DNA of 52,157 bases from Pseudobacteriovorax sp. Its GTDB lineage: Bacteria > Bdellovibrionota_B > Oligoflexia > Oligoflexales > Oligoflexaceae. This document shows positions 21,105-30,495 of the stretch, one piece after another (position 1 is the stretch's first letter; every line of letters begins with the position of its first letter). A program made the position numbers and the translations under genes. The notes beneath the pieces were generated by a model. It was not told where the DNA came from and made no database searches. It saw only the letters and a program-made list of their open reading frames with translations. The stretch is taken from positions 12,566 through 64,722 of the forward strand of contig JBNKNM010000012.1 of NCBI GenBank assembly GCA_050293845.1, given 5' to 3'.

Positions 21105-21131
21105 GTATCGGATAAACTACGTTGGCATTTA
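21105..21131 (-). promoter_or_regulatory. Second putative sigma28 promoter
   Basis: Minus strand TAAATGCC-N11-TCCGATAC (TAAA-N15-.CCGATA). Confidence 0.5.
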
Positions 21132-21167
21132 TGTTATTTTGCAAAGTAACACAACAAAGGGGATTAA

Positions 21168-22544
21168 ATGAAGTTTGATTACAGCTTTATCCAGCATTTT
21201 CATTGCCCAAGCTGTGGAGAGGGTGATCTAGATACTAACCAGAACCATGTAATTTGTACAAAATGTCAGAATAAATTTCCCATAACAAATGGAATCCCAT
21301 GGCTATTTGCCGAGCCTTACAAACAAATTCACGAATGGCAGAATCGTTATCACTTTTTTATCGACCTGAATAAGATTGAAGCCGGTAAAATGAAACTACA
21401 ACTTCAAGAAACAGACCTTTTAGAGCAAACCCGTGACCGTCTGCGGCGCATGATCCAGGGTAAGGTTGAACATGGACGTGAAGTTGCAAAAATATTACAA
21501 CCTTTGAGTATTAATTTCGAGAACACGCCACCAACAAGTTCCCTTGCAGCAGGCACCGAACTGCCTGAAACCCAGAGCTTAATGTCCTATTATTCAAATA
21601 TTTGTCGTGATTGGTCCTATGGAGAAAAAGAAAATGAGATATGCTTACGAGAGATAGAGGAAGTCCTCGCAAAGGATATAAACTTAGGGACTATGGGAGT
21701 TATTGGTACGGGAGCGGCCCGACTAGCCTATGATATGCATAGAAAATTTAACATCTCTACAACGATTAATCTCGATATCAATCCATTTCTTATTTTGGCA
21801 GCTCAAAGAATCATTCAAGGAAAAACTGCTCAATTGTATGAATTTCCGATTGCTCCCAAAAACTTGGAATCCTTTGCTGTAAAGCTAAAATGCAAAGCTC
21901 CGGTACCAATAAAAGACCAATTTCACTTTACTTTTTCTGATGGTATGAACCCCATATTTAAAACGAACTCTTTGGACACACTGCTGACTCCGTGGCTCAT
22001 CGATATTGTTGGACAAGACATCAAGGACCAGTTCAAACGCTACAATCGCTGTCTAAAAAATGGAGGTCATTGGATAAACTTTGGTTCGCTTTCCTTTTTC
22101 CATGCGGATCAGTCTCTCTGCTACAGTCTTGAAGAAACTTTAAAAATCATCGAAGAAAGCGGCTTTTCCATTAAGTCATATCGCCATGAAGAGATTCCCT
22201 ATCTACATTCCCCGTATAGCTGCCAAAAAAGAATGGAGCGGGTGTTGACCTTTCACGCTGTAAAACATAGTAATGTAGATCAACCCGCACTGGCATACAG
22301 TCACCTACCGGCTTGGTTAAATAATTGGGAGCTACCGGTGCCACAGATTCCTATTACCGGGCAACAAGCTATGATCCATGACACCCTCTGCAAGATCTTC
22401 CAGCTCGTGGATGGGAAACAGTCCATCACCACCATGGCCCAAGCAGCTGACTTTCTTCAGCTATCCCCAGAGAACGCTGCCATGGTCATCGCGAATGTTC
22501 TTACTAAATTCTACAATGAGAAACTCAAAGGCAGACAATTTTGA
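21168..22544 (+). CDS. SAM-dependent methyltransferase, carnosine N-methyltransferase (CARNMT1/N2227)-like, with a Trm112-like zinc ribbon and C-terminal winged helix
   Basis: CPSC..CTKC..FPITNGIPWL; RDWS; GTGAARLAYD; LKNGGHWINFGSL; IFQLVDGKQSI. Confidence 0.75.
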   Translation: MKFDYSFIQHFHCPSCGEGDLDTNQNHVICTKCQNKFPITNGIPWLFAEPYKQIHEWQNRYHFFIDLNKIEAGKMKLQLQETDLLEQTRDRLRRMIQGKVEHGREVAKILQPLSINFENTPPTSSLAAGTELPETQSLMSYYSNICRDWSYGEKENEICLREIEEVLAKDINLGTMGVIGTGAARLAYDMHRKFNISTTINLDINPFLILAAQRIIQGKTAQLYEFPIAPKNLESFAVKLKCKAPVPIKDQFHFTFSDGMNPIFKTNSLDTLLTPWLIDIVGQDIKDQFKRYNRCLKNGGHWINFGSLSFFHADQSLCYSLEETLKIIEESGFSIKSYRHEEIPYLHSPYSCQKRMERVLTFHAVKHSNVDQPALAYSHLPAWLNNWELPVPQIPITGQQAMIHDTLCKIFQLVDGKQSITTMAQAADFLQLSPENAAMVIANVLTKFYNEKLKGRQF

Positions 22545-22547
22545 AGT

Positions 22548-23051
22548 TCACCGAGAAAAGTACTTCTGGGCTAGTTTCTTGCAGAGCTTTTCCAGAAAGC
22601 GTTGATCAATGGCTCCAAAAGCCCCTACTAGATCAGAGTCGATATCCAATACCGCCTTGGTTTCGCCACTCTGACTAATTACCGGGATGACAATCTCGCT
22701 CCGGGTAGTTGCTGAGCAGGCAATATGATCTTTGATATTATTAACGTCAGACACTAACTGGGTTTTTTGTGTTTGCGCTGCAGCCCCACACACTCCCTTA
22801 GAAAATGGTATTGTCAAGCAGCCATGGCTTCCTTGATAAGGACCAATCTTAAGAAGGTTGGAACCTATGGTGCGATAAAATCCTGTCCAGTGAAAGTAAT
22901 CGAAGCCATGGTGTAGCTCACAAACAGTGGTAGCCATAGCAGCAATCCAATCCTCCTCCTGCTCAATAAGAGCTTCGATTCTACCCAATAGCTCTTCATA
23001 GTGGGTAGCTTTTGCTTCATCTGAATCGCCTACATAAACCTTATAGTCCAT
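22548..23051 (-). CDS. msrC: GAF-domain free methionine-R-sulfoxide reductase-like protein
   Basis: WTGFY, GPYQG..GC, GVCG, HIAC, SEIVIP, LDIDS; RBS AGGAGG before ATG 23051. Confidence 0.8.
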   Translation of the reverse strand: MDYKVYVGDSDEAKATHYEELLGRIEALIEQEEDWIAAMATTVCELHHGFDYFHWTGFYRTIGSNLLKIGPYQGSHGCLTIPFSKGVCGAAAQTQKTQLVSDVNNIKDHIACSATTRSEIVIPVISQSGETKAVLDIDSDLVGAFGAIDQRFLEKLCKKLAQKYFSR

Positions 23052-23237
23052 GTTTATCACCTCCTGACATGCAACCTAGGTGTTGAAAACGCTGACTTTG
23101 CGTCCCTTGGAAGAAAAAGAACCTCATTAATCAGTGATAATGTCAGGACTTTTTCCTAGGGGGCTCGATTCAGTAAACATGAATGCGCACGCAACTTTTC
23201 AGGCCCTGATTTATAATGGTATCCAGCGCCTTATTTT

Positions 23238-23978
23238 TCAAGAGTAATGAGGGGATGACTCTACAGCAATGCTATAGGTCTGGGGCGGTGTATATTTTAT
23301 TTTAACGTTCAATTTTAGAAGTTTACGCCGAATATTAAATATATGAACATCAAGGGTCTTAGAACCCACAGAGACATCCTTCCATACTTTTCCTATGAGA
23401 TCGGATCGCGATATCTGCTTGTTTGGCGCATTATTAATGAGATCAAAAATCATGAGCTCTTTCGATGTAAGCTCAGTTTGCATATTATCCTTAGTGGTAA
23501 CTCGCCTCCGCAATGGATCAACAGAAAGGTCCCTTTCCTTGCTCATAACCCGATTCAAGGATCTTTCTATTTTAACCAAAAGCTCCGACTTATTAAAGGG
23601 TTTGGTTAAATAGTCCATAACCCCTTCTCCCAGACAGTATCTAATAATATCCAGGTCGTCACAAACAGATACGATAACGATGGATAGATCGTCTAGATCT
23701 TCTTGAGGGATCTCGTTAAGGAAGCTTACAAACGACCCGTCCGGTAGCCTCAGATCCGCAAGAATGAGTTTTGGGCGTTCCACCCCTTCTCGGAAGTATT
23801 CTGCACGAAACGCTTCTAGAGTCTTAAAAATCTGATAATTATATTTATGTTGTAGAATCTCTTCGTAGATGAAGTTGCATCCATCGTCATCCTCAAGAAT
23901 CCAAAAAGGGATCTTTCTTTTGAGAGCCACAAAGGAATCTGATTCATCGTTTAACGTTGAGTACATACTGAGGTCCAC
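23238..23978 (-). CDS. OmpR-family response regulator
   Basis: LEDD, DLRLPDG, DYLTKPF, LTSKE, TLDVHIFNIRRKL. Confidence 0.9.
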   Translation of the reverse strand: MDLSMYSTLNDESDSFVALKRKIPFWILEDDDGCNFIYEEILQHKYNYQIFKTLEAFRAEYFREGVERPKLILADLRLPDGSFVSFLNEIPQEDLDDLSIVIVSVCDDLDIIRYCLGEGVMDYLTKPFNKSELLVKIERSLNRVMSKERDLSVDPLRRRVTTKDNMQTELTSKELMIFDLINNAPNKQISRSDLIGKVWKDVSVGSKTLDVHIFNIRRKLLKLNVKIKYTPPQTYSIAVESSPHYS

Positions 23979-24237
23979 CCCGATATTGTCTAAAGCAATC
24001 TGGCTTACCAGTTGCCTAACATGTTTGCACTAAAGTAAAAATAATTAGCTCTTTCAGTCCGCTCTGTCAAACCAATGGATAACTTTTTCGAAATTTATTT
24101 TGGACTATCCTTGGAGAATTGTACTCCTTAGTATCACTCAATACACCTAATTTTCGCGTCAAGCTTCAAATTTGTAGAAAATTACTTAATTTTAATCGAA
24201 CTACTATACGAAATCCTTCAAACACATGTTCAGATCA

Positions 24238-24555
24238 TCAACTGATTTTTTCAGCAAAAAAGGAAAAAGAAATCCTAAAAATAACCTTACCAATTACGCG
24301 GCTCATAGGTGTCAAGCCATAATGAGAGCTGCAAAGGCTATCCACATGGAGACCGGCGGTCTTCACTTTTTTCTTTTTTATATCAATTCCTGTGATACGC
24401 TTTAACAGCACTCCATGCTTGGGATCATCAAATACGATGTCGTCACCTAATTTGAGGCATGAATTGATTTTCGGGGCTGTTCGTGTCAAAACGATATCTC
24501 CATGTTTGAAAGCAGGATACATGCTTTGACCTTCGATACGGAAAATTTGGAACAT
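24238..24555 (-). CDS. S26/S24 peptidase, nickel-SOD maturation protease (SodX)-like
   Basis: GQSMYP..GD, LLKRI (Ser-Lys dyad), SSHYG..VIGKV; 105 aa with no TM anchor. Confidence 0.75.
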   Translation of the reverse strand: MFQIFRIEGQSMYPAFKHGDIVLTRTAPKINSCLKLGDDIVFDDPKHGVLLKRITGIDIKKKKVKTAGLHVDSLCSSHYGLTPMSRVIGKVIFRISFSFFAEKIS

Positions 24556-24667
24556 AGCTTATTTCCGTAAAAGAATATAAATTATTGATGTGTGATTCTT
24601 TTCTCATACTTATTTTTGATTGATTGGTCCAAGAGCACAACAATTTTTTTGCAAATAAGGATTTTTT

Positions 24668-24886
24668 TTGGAGTCAATAGAAGTTCCCTACCAAAATATC
24701 ACGCCGGAAACCTTGAATCGGCTTATCGAAGAGTTTGTATGTCGAGAAGGAACCGACTATGGTCATAGTAACTACACACTAGGACAAAAAGTCGCTCAAG
24801 TAAAAAGGCAGATTCTTACGAAAAAGGCAAAAATTGTATTTGATCCTAGCACCGAAACATGCAACATCATTTCGCTAGACTCTTAA
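24668..24886 (+). CDS. yheU: YheU (UPF0270) family protein
   Basis: LIEEFVCREGTDYG, KVAQVKRQ. Confidence 0.9.
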   Translation: MESIEVPYQNITPETLNRLIEEFVCREGTDYGHSNYTLGQKVAQVKRQILTKKAKIVFDPSTETCNIISLDS

Positions 24887-25031
24887 ACCTATATACTTTT
24901 CAGCAATTTCATAGATTCTTAACTGACTATTAGTTTTTTAAGAGGCGACCATCCCATGCAAAAGCTTTACTTTTTGAGCACGGTCGGCTTCATTTGATGG
25001 GGAAAGTTCCAGAATAGTTGGTTTCTCATCC

Positions 25032-25058
25032 TCAAGTTTTCGCTGTTAACTCCGATCC
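25032..25058 (+). promoter_or_regulatory. Putative sigma28 promoter
   Basis: TCAAGTTT-N11-TCCGATCC, about 60 nt upstream of ORF 25119. Confidence 0.55.
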
Positions 25059-25118
25059 CAGAAGAGGTGTGAGTATGGTAAAACATTCCCATGGGATGAT
25101 TACGACGATACAGATCAC

Positions 25119-26126
25119 GTGATAGGGAATCCAGTGGTAAAAAGTCGCGAAAAAATAGTTCTTTTTTTTGATACCAACAGTATTAATCGCCGTAATGCAG
25201 CGACAAACCTTTCAGTTGCCGGCTGCAGACCGATGATCGCTAACGATGCCAAAGAATTTTTAGATCTTCTTAAAAAACAGCGGTTTGACTTATTAATTTA
25301 CGGTATTGAATACCATAACTCAGTAGCATTCGAGAACACTCAAAATCACCATACTTCCAGCATCCTACTATCCCAAACAAAAATAAAAGAATTGGCTTGC
25401 ATTTTTAGCAATGTTAGCAGTGCTAATATCCTAGCAAAGAACCATCAAGGAATCGTCAACCCTAGGGACCTTATCACAACCACAAAAAAAATATTCCGCG
25501 ACGATATCTTTGGTGTTAAACATTATGTAAGCTATGGGACCGAAAGTGAAGTATACCATGTCCGTGATTCCGAGCTACGTTACGAGTATATAGATACTCT
25601 GCGACAGTACTGCCGTAAACATCATATACGCCGCTCCATCACGCAGTCTGTAGAATTGTTTTGTGAAGAACTTCTAATGAATGCCATATATGACGCTCCT
25701 CGGGATCAAAGTGGAAACGAACTGCATGGACACAAATCACGACGGGATCGTGTCATACTTAAACCCCAGGACGCAGCGCGCATGGAATTTGCTTGCGATG
25801 GGGAAAAGCTTGTCGTTTCAGTATCCGACCCCTTCGGAGCAATTACTTGGCACATAGTCCAACAATATTTAACCCATTGTTTCTCTGGTAGCCGCATCGC
25901 AAAGCTCGATGAAAATGGAGGTGCAGGATTAGGACTCTATATGTGCTTTACAGCAGCCAACTCATTTGTTATCAATGTTCAACCTGACGCTAGGTCAGAA
26001 TTTATAGGTATCTTCGATTTACAGACAGCACAAAGAGAGAGAAATCGGCTCTATTCAAGCCTGCATTTCTTCTCCACTGATGATAAACCGCAGGTTGTTA
26101 TGAATTATCGTCCCAGGGTTTCCTAA
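25119..26126 (+). CDS. Pseudo-receiver plus anti-sigma-type HATPase-like protein
   Basis: Degenerate receiver (FDLLIYG); EELLMNAIYDAP, VSDPFG, GAGLGLY. Confidence 0.75.
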   Translation: MIGNPVVKSREKIVLFFDTNSINRRNAATNLSVAGCRPMIANDAKEFLDLLKKQRFDLLIYGIEYHNSVAFENTQNHHTSSILLSQTKIKELACIFSNVSSANILAKNHQGIVNPRDLITTTKKIFRDDIFGVKHYVSYGTESEVYHVRDSELRYEYIDTLRQYCRKHHIRRSITQSVELFCEELLMNAIYDAPRDQSGNELHGHKSRRDRVILKPQDAARMEFACDGEKLVVSVSDPFGAITWHIVQQYLTHCFSGSRIAKLDENGGAGLGLYMCFTAANSFVINVQPDARSEFIGIFDLQTAQRERNRLYSSLHFFSTDDKPQVVMNYRPRVS

Positions 26127-26158
26127 AGGCCTCCCAGGTTTAATTATGCTTCATTAGC

Positions 26159-26653
26159 TCACAGCGGATCATTGAGGAAAGCTACAATTGACTTAGCCAT
26201 GTCTTCATTGGGAAAGTTCGCCTGGATATTAACATGATATTCAGCAGTAGCTTGATTAGCTATTCCCAATGGATCACGGGAATTAAGAGTGGAGTTTGCG
26301 ACATCCAGGTGACATCCCATACATTGCCCCTCGTATAGCTTCTTTCCTTCTTGACGCAGCATCAACGCTATTTCTTCCGGACTTGCCTCTTCAACCCCTT
26401 CCTCTTCATCACCAACAACTTCAGGTTCATCTTCAGAAGAAAGCACCTCAGGATCTTCGTCCTCATCATTCTGGTCAATTAGCTCATCATTAGGGTTAAC
26501 ATTTTGTTCTGAAAGCTGTTCTGCATTTTGAATTCTCGCTCTTTCCGCTTTATATTGACTCGCAACTGGTTCACCAGTATCGCAAGAAACCATGCCATAA
26601 TTAACAAGGAATAAAATAGTAGCAGTCAATGTACTCAAATTTTGGAATTGCAT
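26159..26653 (-). CDS. Monoheme cytochrome c lipoprotein with an acidic linker
   Basis: Signal ending GMVS-C, D/E-rich linker, EGKKLYEGQCMGCH. Confidence 0.8.
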   Translation of the reverse strand: MQFQNLSTLTATILFLVNYGMVSCDTGEPVASQYKAERARIQNAEQLSEQNVNPNDELIDQNDEDEDPEVLSSEDEPEVVGDEEEGVEEASPEEIALMLRQEGKKLYEGQCMGCHLDVANSTLNSRDPLGIANQATAEYHVNIQANFPNEDMAKSIVAFLNDPL

Positions 26654-26989
26654 CTTAATACTAACCTCGCACAAGTGTTCTCTTTCTCCCCTCTTTCCCG
26701 TGCAAAAGTAAGACCATCGGCCTTGATTCCCACATAACTATTTAATGCTCTAATTTTATAGGACTATTAAATCTAGCCCGCAGCTCTTCAAGGACTGATA
26801 CTACAGGTACGACTACAATAAAATTCAATAATTATAGCCAATTACCTGCAAGATGCCGTTTTAGATGCACCCTGACATTCATGTCAACACAGTACAGGGC
26901 ATAACACACTGTTTTTTTTATATAATAGGATTTTTTTAAGCTACTTGACTTCTGGTAATACTATTATTAGCCAGGTTTACTACTGCGTA

Positions 26990-28090
26990 TTAATCGCTGG
27001 CATAGTCAACCGATATAAAGTCAGGTTTCAAGGGATAATCATAACTTCTATAATATGCCCACCCAGGCTTCCCACTTTCTTTCTGAATAGCGAGCCAAAA
27101 CTGAGCCAAAGTATCTGCAGCCGCACCCAGGCGTTGAATCACGAACTCTCTATAATGTTCCTTAACAGTATCAGCTGATCTTCTTTTAGCAGCTGATGTC
27201 CAACTTTGCTCAATTAAGCTGTGTTTGCGATCAAGTTCTCTTAAGGATTCCAATCGACGATGGGAGTCTAGAGCCAAGGCATAGATCATCTCCAAAGGTG
27301 ACTGTGGTTTATATTCACTCTGGATAAAAAGGTAAGGCTTTGATTTTAATATATAATCTAGCACTTCATGCTCCAAATCAAGCCCCAGAGCCCTAACAAC
27401 CTGGCTCTCAAAATAACTATGAAGCCCCCCCTGTCCTGTGAGCTTGCCATCATAATCCATTGTGGTGTGATGAGGATTACCAAGATCTCCTACGAAATGG
27501 GATAATACCCCTAAATAAGTGAGAAACTGCAACCCTTCTTGCTTCAACTTTCTGTGAGGAGCTTTTTTTTGGTCTTGCAGCAACTTGATTCTCTTACCTG
27601 TACTGATAGCTAGGTTTACTAATTGCGCCACCCTGAAAGGGGCATGCCCTGCTTGTGAGGCTTTTCGTTCCATTGAATCGCCTTTAGGGCAGGGGTTTTG
27701 CTTTATCTTGCACTGTGCCATGATTCTTTGCTGATACAGCTTATAGGAAGGAGGGAGCTGTGATAGCTGTGGTAAGGTCTTCTCAGCCCAGATATATTCT
27801 AAATCTATAAAATGAGTCGGCCTATTCTGTGAGGCTATCTCTTTTCCCACGTTACGCCACACAATATCGGGTACATTGGACAGGTGAGCCATCATATGTG
27901 CCTTTGTCAGAAGCAAAGCTCCCAAACCCTGAGGATCAGATTTGCTGACAATGCGAACGGCTACACGAGTAATCGCATCATGGCCTCGTTCGCCCCAGGC
28001 CCAAATGTTTCCTGTTCCAAGAACCCATACCCAAACACAAGCTGCCACTTGCCCACATCTTTTCATGTTCATTTTCAAGGAGCTTACCAT
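26990..28090 (-). CDS. Secreted S1/P1 nuclease / zinc phospholipase C-fold protein
   Basis: Signal followed by WGERGH, PD..W, HFID, HFVGDLGNPHH, GLHSYFES. Confidence 0.85.
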   Translation of the reverse strand: MVSSLKMNMKRCGQVAACVWVWVLGTGNIWAWGERGHDAITRVAVRIVSKSDPQGLGALLLTKAHMMAHLSNVPDIVWRNVGKEIASQNRPTHFIDLEYIWAEKTLPQLSQLPPSYKLYQQRIMAQCKIKQNPCPKGDSMERKASQAGHAPFRVAQLVNLAISTGKRIKLLQDQKKAPHRKLKQEGLQFLTYLGVLSHFVGDLGNPHHTTMDYDGKLTGQGGLHSYFESQVVRALGLDLEHEVLDYILKSKPYLFIQSEYKPQSPLEMIYALALDSHRRLESLRELDRKHSLIEQSWTSAAKRRSADTVKEHYREFVIQRLGAAADTLAQFWLAIQKESGKPGWAYYRSYDYPLKPDFISVDYASD

Positions 28091-28343
28091 TCTTTCTTCC
28101 TATTGCTTCTAAGTCAATTACCCATTCCTAAAGGAAGAGGTTTCCAGGGAGATATTTGATGAAGACTAAAACGGCAATATTCCCCAAAAAATCTCTCAAG
28201 AATATAAATATCATACTCCCAAAAAATCTAGGCAGACTTATGCAAGTCCCCAACTGATGCTGTATTTACTAAAAAATAGCATCAGTATATACTGGCCAGT
28301 CCAAGTTTAGATATTTTGACCTAGCTACCAACTGGAGACAAAG

Positions 28344-30101
28344 ATGTTAAGAACACACACGGCAGGCGAACTCAACGAATCGAATATAGGCAATGCTGTA
28401 AAACTTGCTGGCTGGGTGGGTCGAACGCGCGATATAGGTCAACTCGTTTTTTTAACTTTACGTGATCGATACGGTGTGACTCAATGTGTCCATGAGACTG
28501 ACTCAACAGATGATGAGCTGTTACAGCAATTAAAAGGCCTGGCTAATGAGTATTGCGTCCAGGTAAGCGGCGTGGTGCGTAAGCGCCTAGATAAAGACAT
28601 CAATCCTGACATGGCAACGGGCGCTATTGAAGTTGCCATCACTGAATTGAAAGTATTAAATAAATCCGAAGTCCTCCCATTTCAGGTTAGAGATGATCTA
28701 AATGTTTCCGATGATTTACGGCTTAGGTACCGCTACCTCGACCTGCGTCGAGAAAAAATGCAGAATAATATGATGATTCGCCATAAAACCGTGCAAGCGG
28801 CACGGAATGCTCTTTGCGATATGGGCTTCCTTGAAATCGAGACACCCCTTTTAGTACGATCTACACCAGAGGGAGCCCGCGACTTTGTGGTACCCTCCCG
28901 TCTTCACCCTGGCAAATTCTATGCTTTACCCCAAAGTCCCCAGCTATATAAGCAGATGCTGATGATTTCAGGAATGGATCGCTACTTTCAATTTGCTCCT
29001 GCTTTCAGAGATGAAGACTTAAGAGCTGATCGGGTTCCGGTACATACCCAAATCGATATGGAAATGACCTTTGTCGATGAGCAAGATGTTTTCCATGCTG
29101 TCGAAACTATGGTTGCCAGAATCTTCAAAGAGGTGAAAGTCATCGACCTAGTCACGCCCTTCCCCATCATGTCCTATGCAGAAGCGATGGAAAGGTTTGG
29201 CAATGACAAACCGGATGTCAGATTTGGAATGGAACTGCAGACCATAACAGAACTTGCTAAAACCACCTCATTTAAAGTTTTTCAAGATGCCGAGTCAGTA
29301 CGCTGTATTGTAATTGCAGAAGGAGAAAAGGTTTCCCGTAAAGATATCGAAACCACCTTGCTCCAAAAGGCTCAGGTCTATGGTGCTAAAGGACTGGCAT
29401 GGACACGGGTTAAAGGTGGCAAGCTCGCGGGGGGTGTGGGAAAATTTTTAGAAAGCCATAGCCAAACCCTACTGTCACAACTAGAGGCAAGCGAAGGAGC
29501 GCTGATCTTATTTGTTGCCGATAAGTACAATACTTGCTGCGCAGCTCTTTCCGCAGTCCGCCTCGCCATGGGCAAAACCCTAAATCTTATCGATAAATCT
29601 CAGTTTGCTTTCCTTTGGGTTGCCGATTTTCCCCTATTTGAAAAGGATGAGGAGGGCGATCAATGGATGGCCATGCATCATTTATTTACTCACCCCAAAG
29701 ATGAAGATTTAAAGTATCTCGACACCGACCCAGGCAAAGTAAGGGGTAAGCTTTACGACCTTGTCCTAAATGGAGTGGAGTTATTGTCAGGAAGTATCCG
29801 TATCAATACACCCGAGTTACAGCAAAAGGTGCTCGATATTGTGGCTATGTCACGAGAGGAATCTGAGAGCAAATTCGGATTTCTTATGAATTCTTTTAAA
29901 TATGGTGCTCCCCCGCATGGTGGTAGTGCCATGGGCCTGGACCGCATCGTTGCCATCCTTGCTGGTGAAGATAGTATCCGTGAAGTCATGGCTTACCCTT
30001 GTAATAATCAAGGTATATTTCCTCTGGATGACTCCCCGGCCGCTGCCAATCAGGTTCAACTAGACGAGCTTCACATAGAAGTCAAACCCATAGAACACTA
30101 A
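28344..30101 (+). CDS. aspS: Aspartate--tRNA ligase
   Basis: LRDRYG, YRYLDLR, STPEGARDF, LPQSPQ, FRDEDLRADR, GAPPHGG, GLDR. Confidence 0.97.
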   Translation: MLRTHTAGELNESNIGNAVKLAGWVGRTRDIGQLVFLTLRDRYGVTQCVHETDSTDDELLQQLKGLANEYCVQVSGVVRKRLDKDINPDMATGAIEVAITELKVLNKSEVLPFQVRDDLNVSDDLRLRYRYLDLRREKMQNNMMIRHKTVQAARNALCDMGFLEIETPLLVRSTPEGARDFVVPSRLHPGKFYALPQSPQLYKQMLMISGMDRYFQFAPAFRDEDLRADRVPVHTQIDMEMTFVDEQDVFHAVETMVARIFKEVKVIDLVTPFPIMSYAEAMERFGNDKPDVRFGMELQTITELAKTTSFKVFQDAESVRCIVIAEGEKVSRKDIETTLLQKAQVYGAKGLAWTRVKGGKLAGGVGKFLESHSQTLLSQLEASEGALILFVADKYNTCCAALSAVRLAMGKTLNLIDKSQFAFLWVADFPLFEKDEEGDQWMAMHHLFTHPKDEDLKYLDTDPGKVRGKLYDLVLNGVELLSGSIRINTPELQQKVLDIVAMSREESESKFGFLMNSFKYGAPPHGGSAMGLDRIVAILAGEDSIREVMAYPCNNQGIFPLDDSPAAANQVQLDELHIEVKPIEH

Positions 30102-30392
30102 TAGAGGGGGCATTTCGTTCCCATTAAAACCTTGCTGTCCCCGTACCGATTGCGCTCCGCGGAGCGTTTGCTTCTTATTATCTTTCCAGGTACTTTTCGA
30201 CTCGGGGTCTACTAAGACTGTCGTCCATAGTCATCTTGAAAAAAGAGATTCAGACATTTCTGCCAATCAGTGGATATTTAATCACAAAGTCCCAGTAACT
30301 AGCAAGTTCAGAAAACTGGCTGAGTTCATTTCTGATATATCTTTTCATTGCTTCCTTTGATCATGGCTGGTATCAGGTATTAAATTTTCTTC

Positions 30393-30463
30393 GATGGTGA
30401 AGCAGGTGCGAATCCTGCGCTGTCCCGCAACTGTATTCCCTTAGTGGTAAGTCAGATCCCATC
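30393..30463 (+). ncRNA. Cobalamin riboswitch (compact, class II-like)
   Basis: GAAGCAGGTGCGAATCCTGCGCTGTCCCGCAACTGTA...AAGTCAGA core closed by GATGG/CCATC, directly upstream of a TonB receptor. Confidence 0.88.
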
Positions 30464-30495
30464 ACATCTTAAACGTGTTAGCCCGAGGAGGCCGT

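Noticed and set aside
23096..23106. GGGACGCAAAG on the minus strand, resembling the c-di-GMP-I riboswitch core
   Set aside because: The upstream GCAAAC stem and GNRA tetraloop are absent
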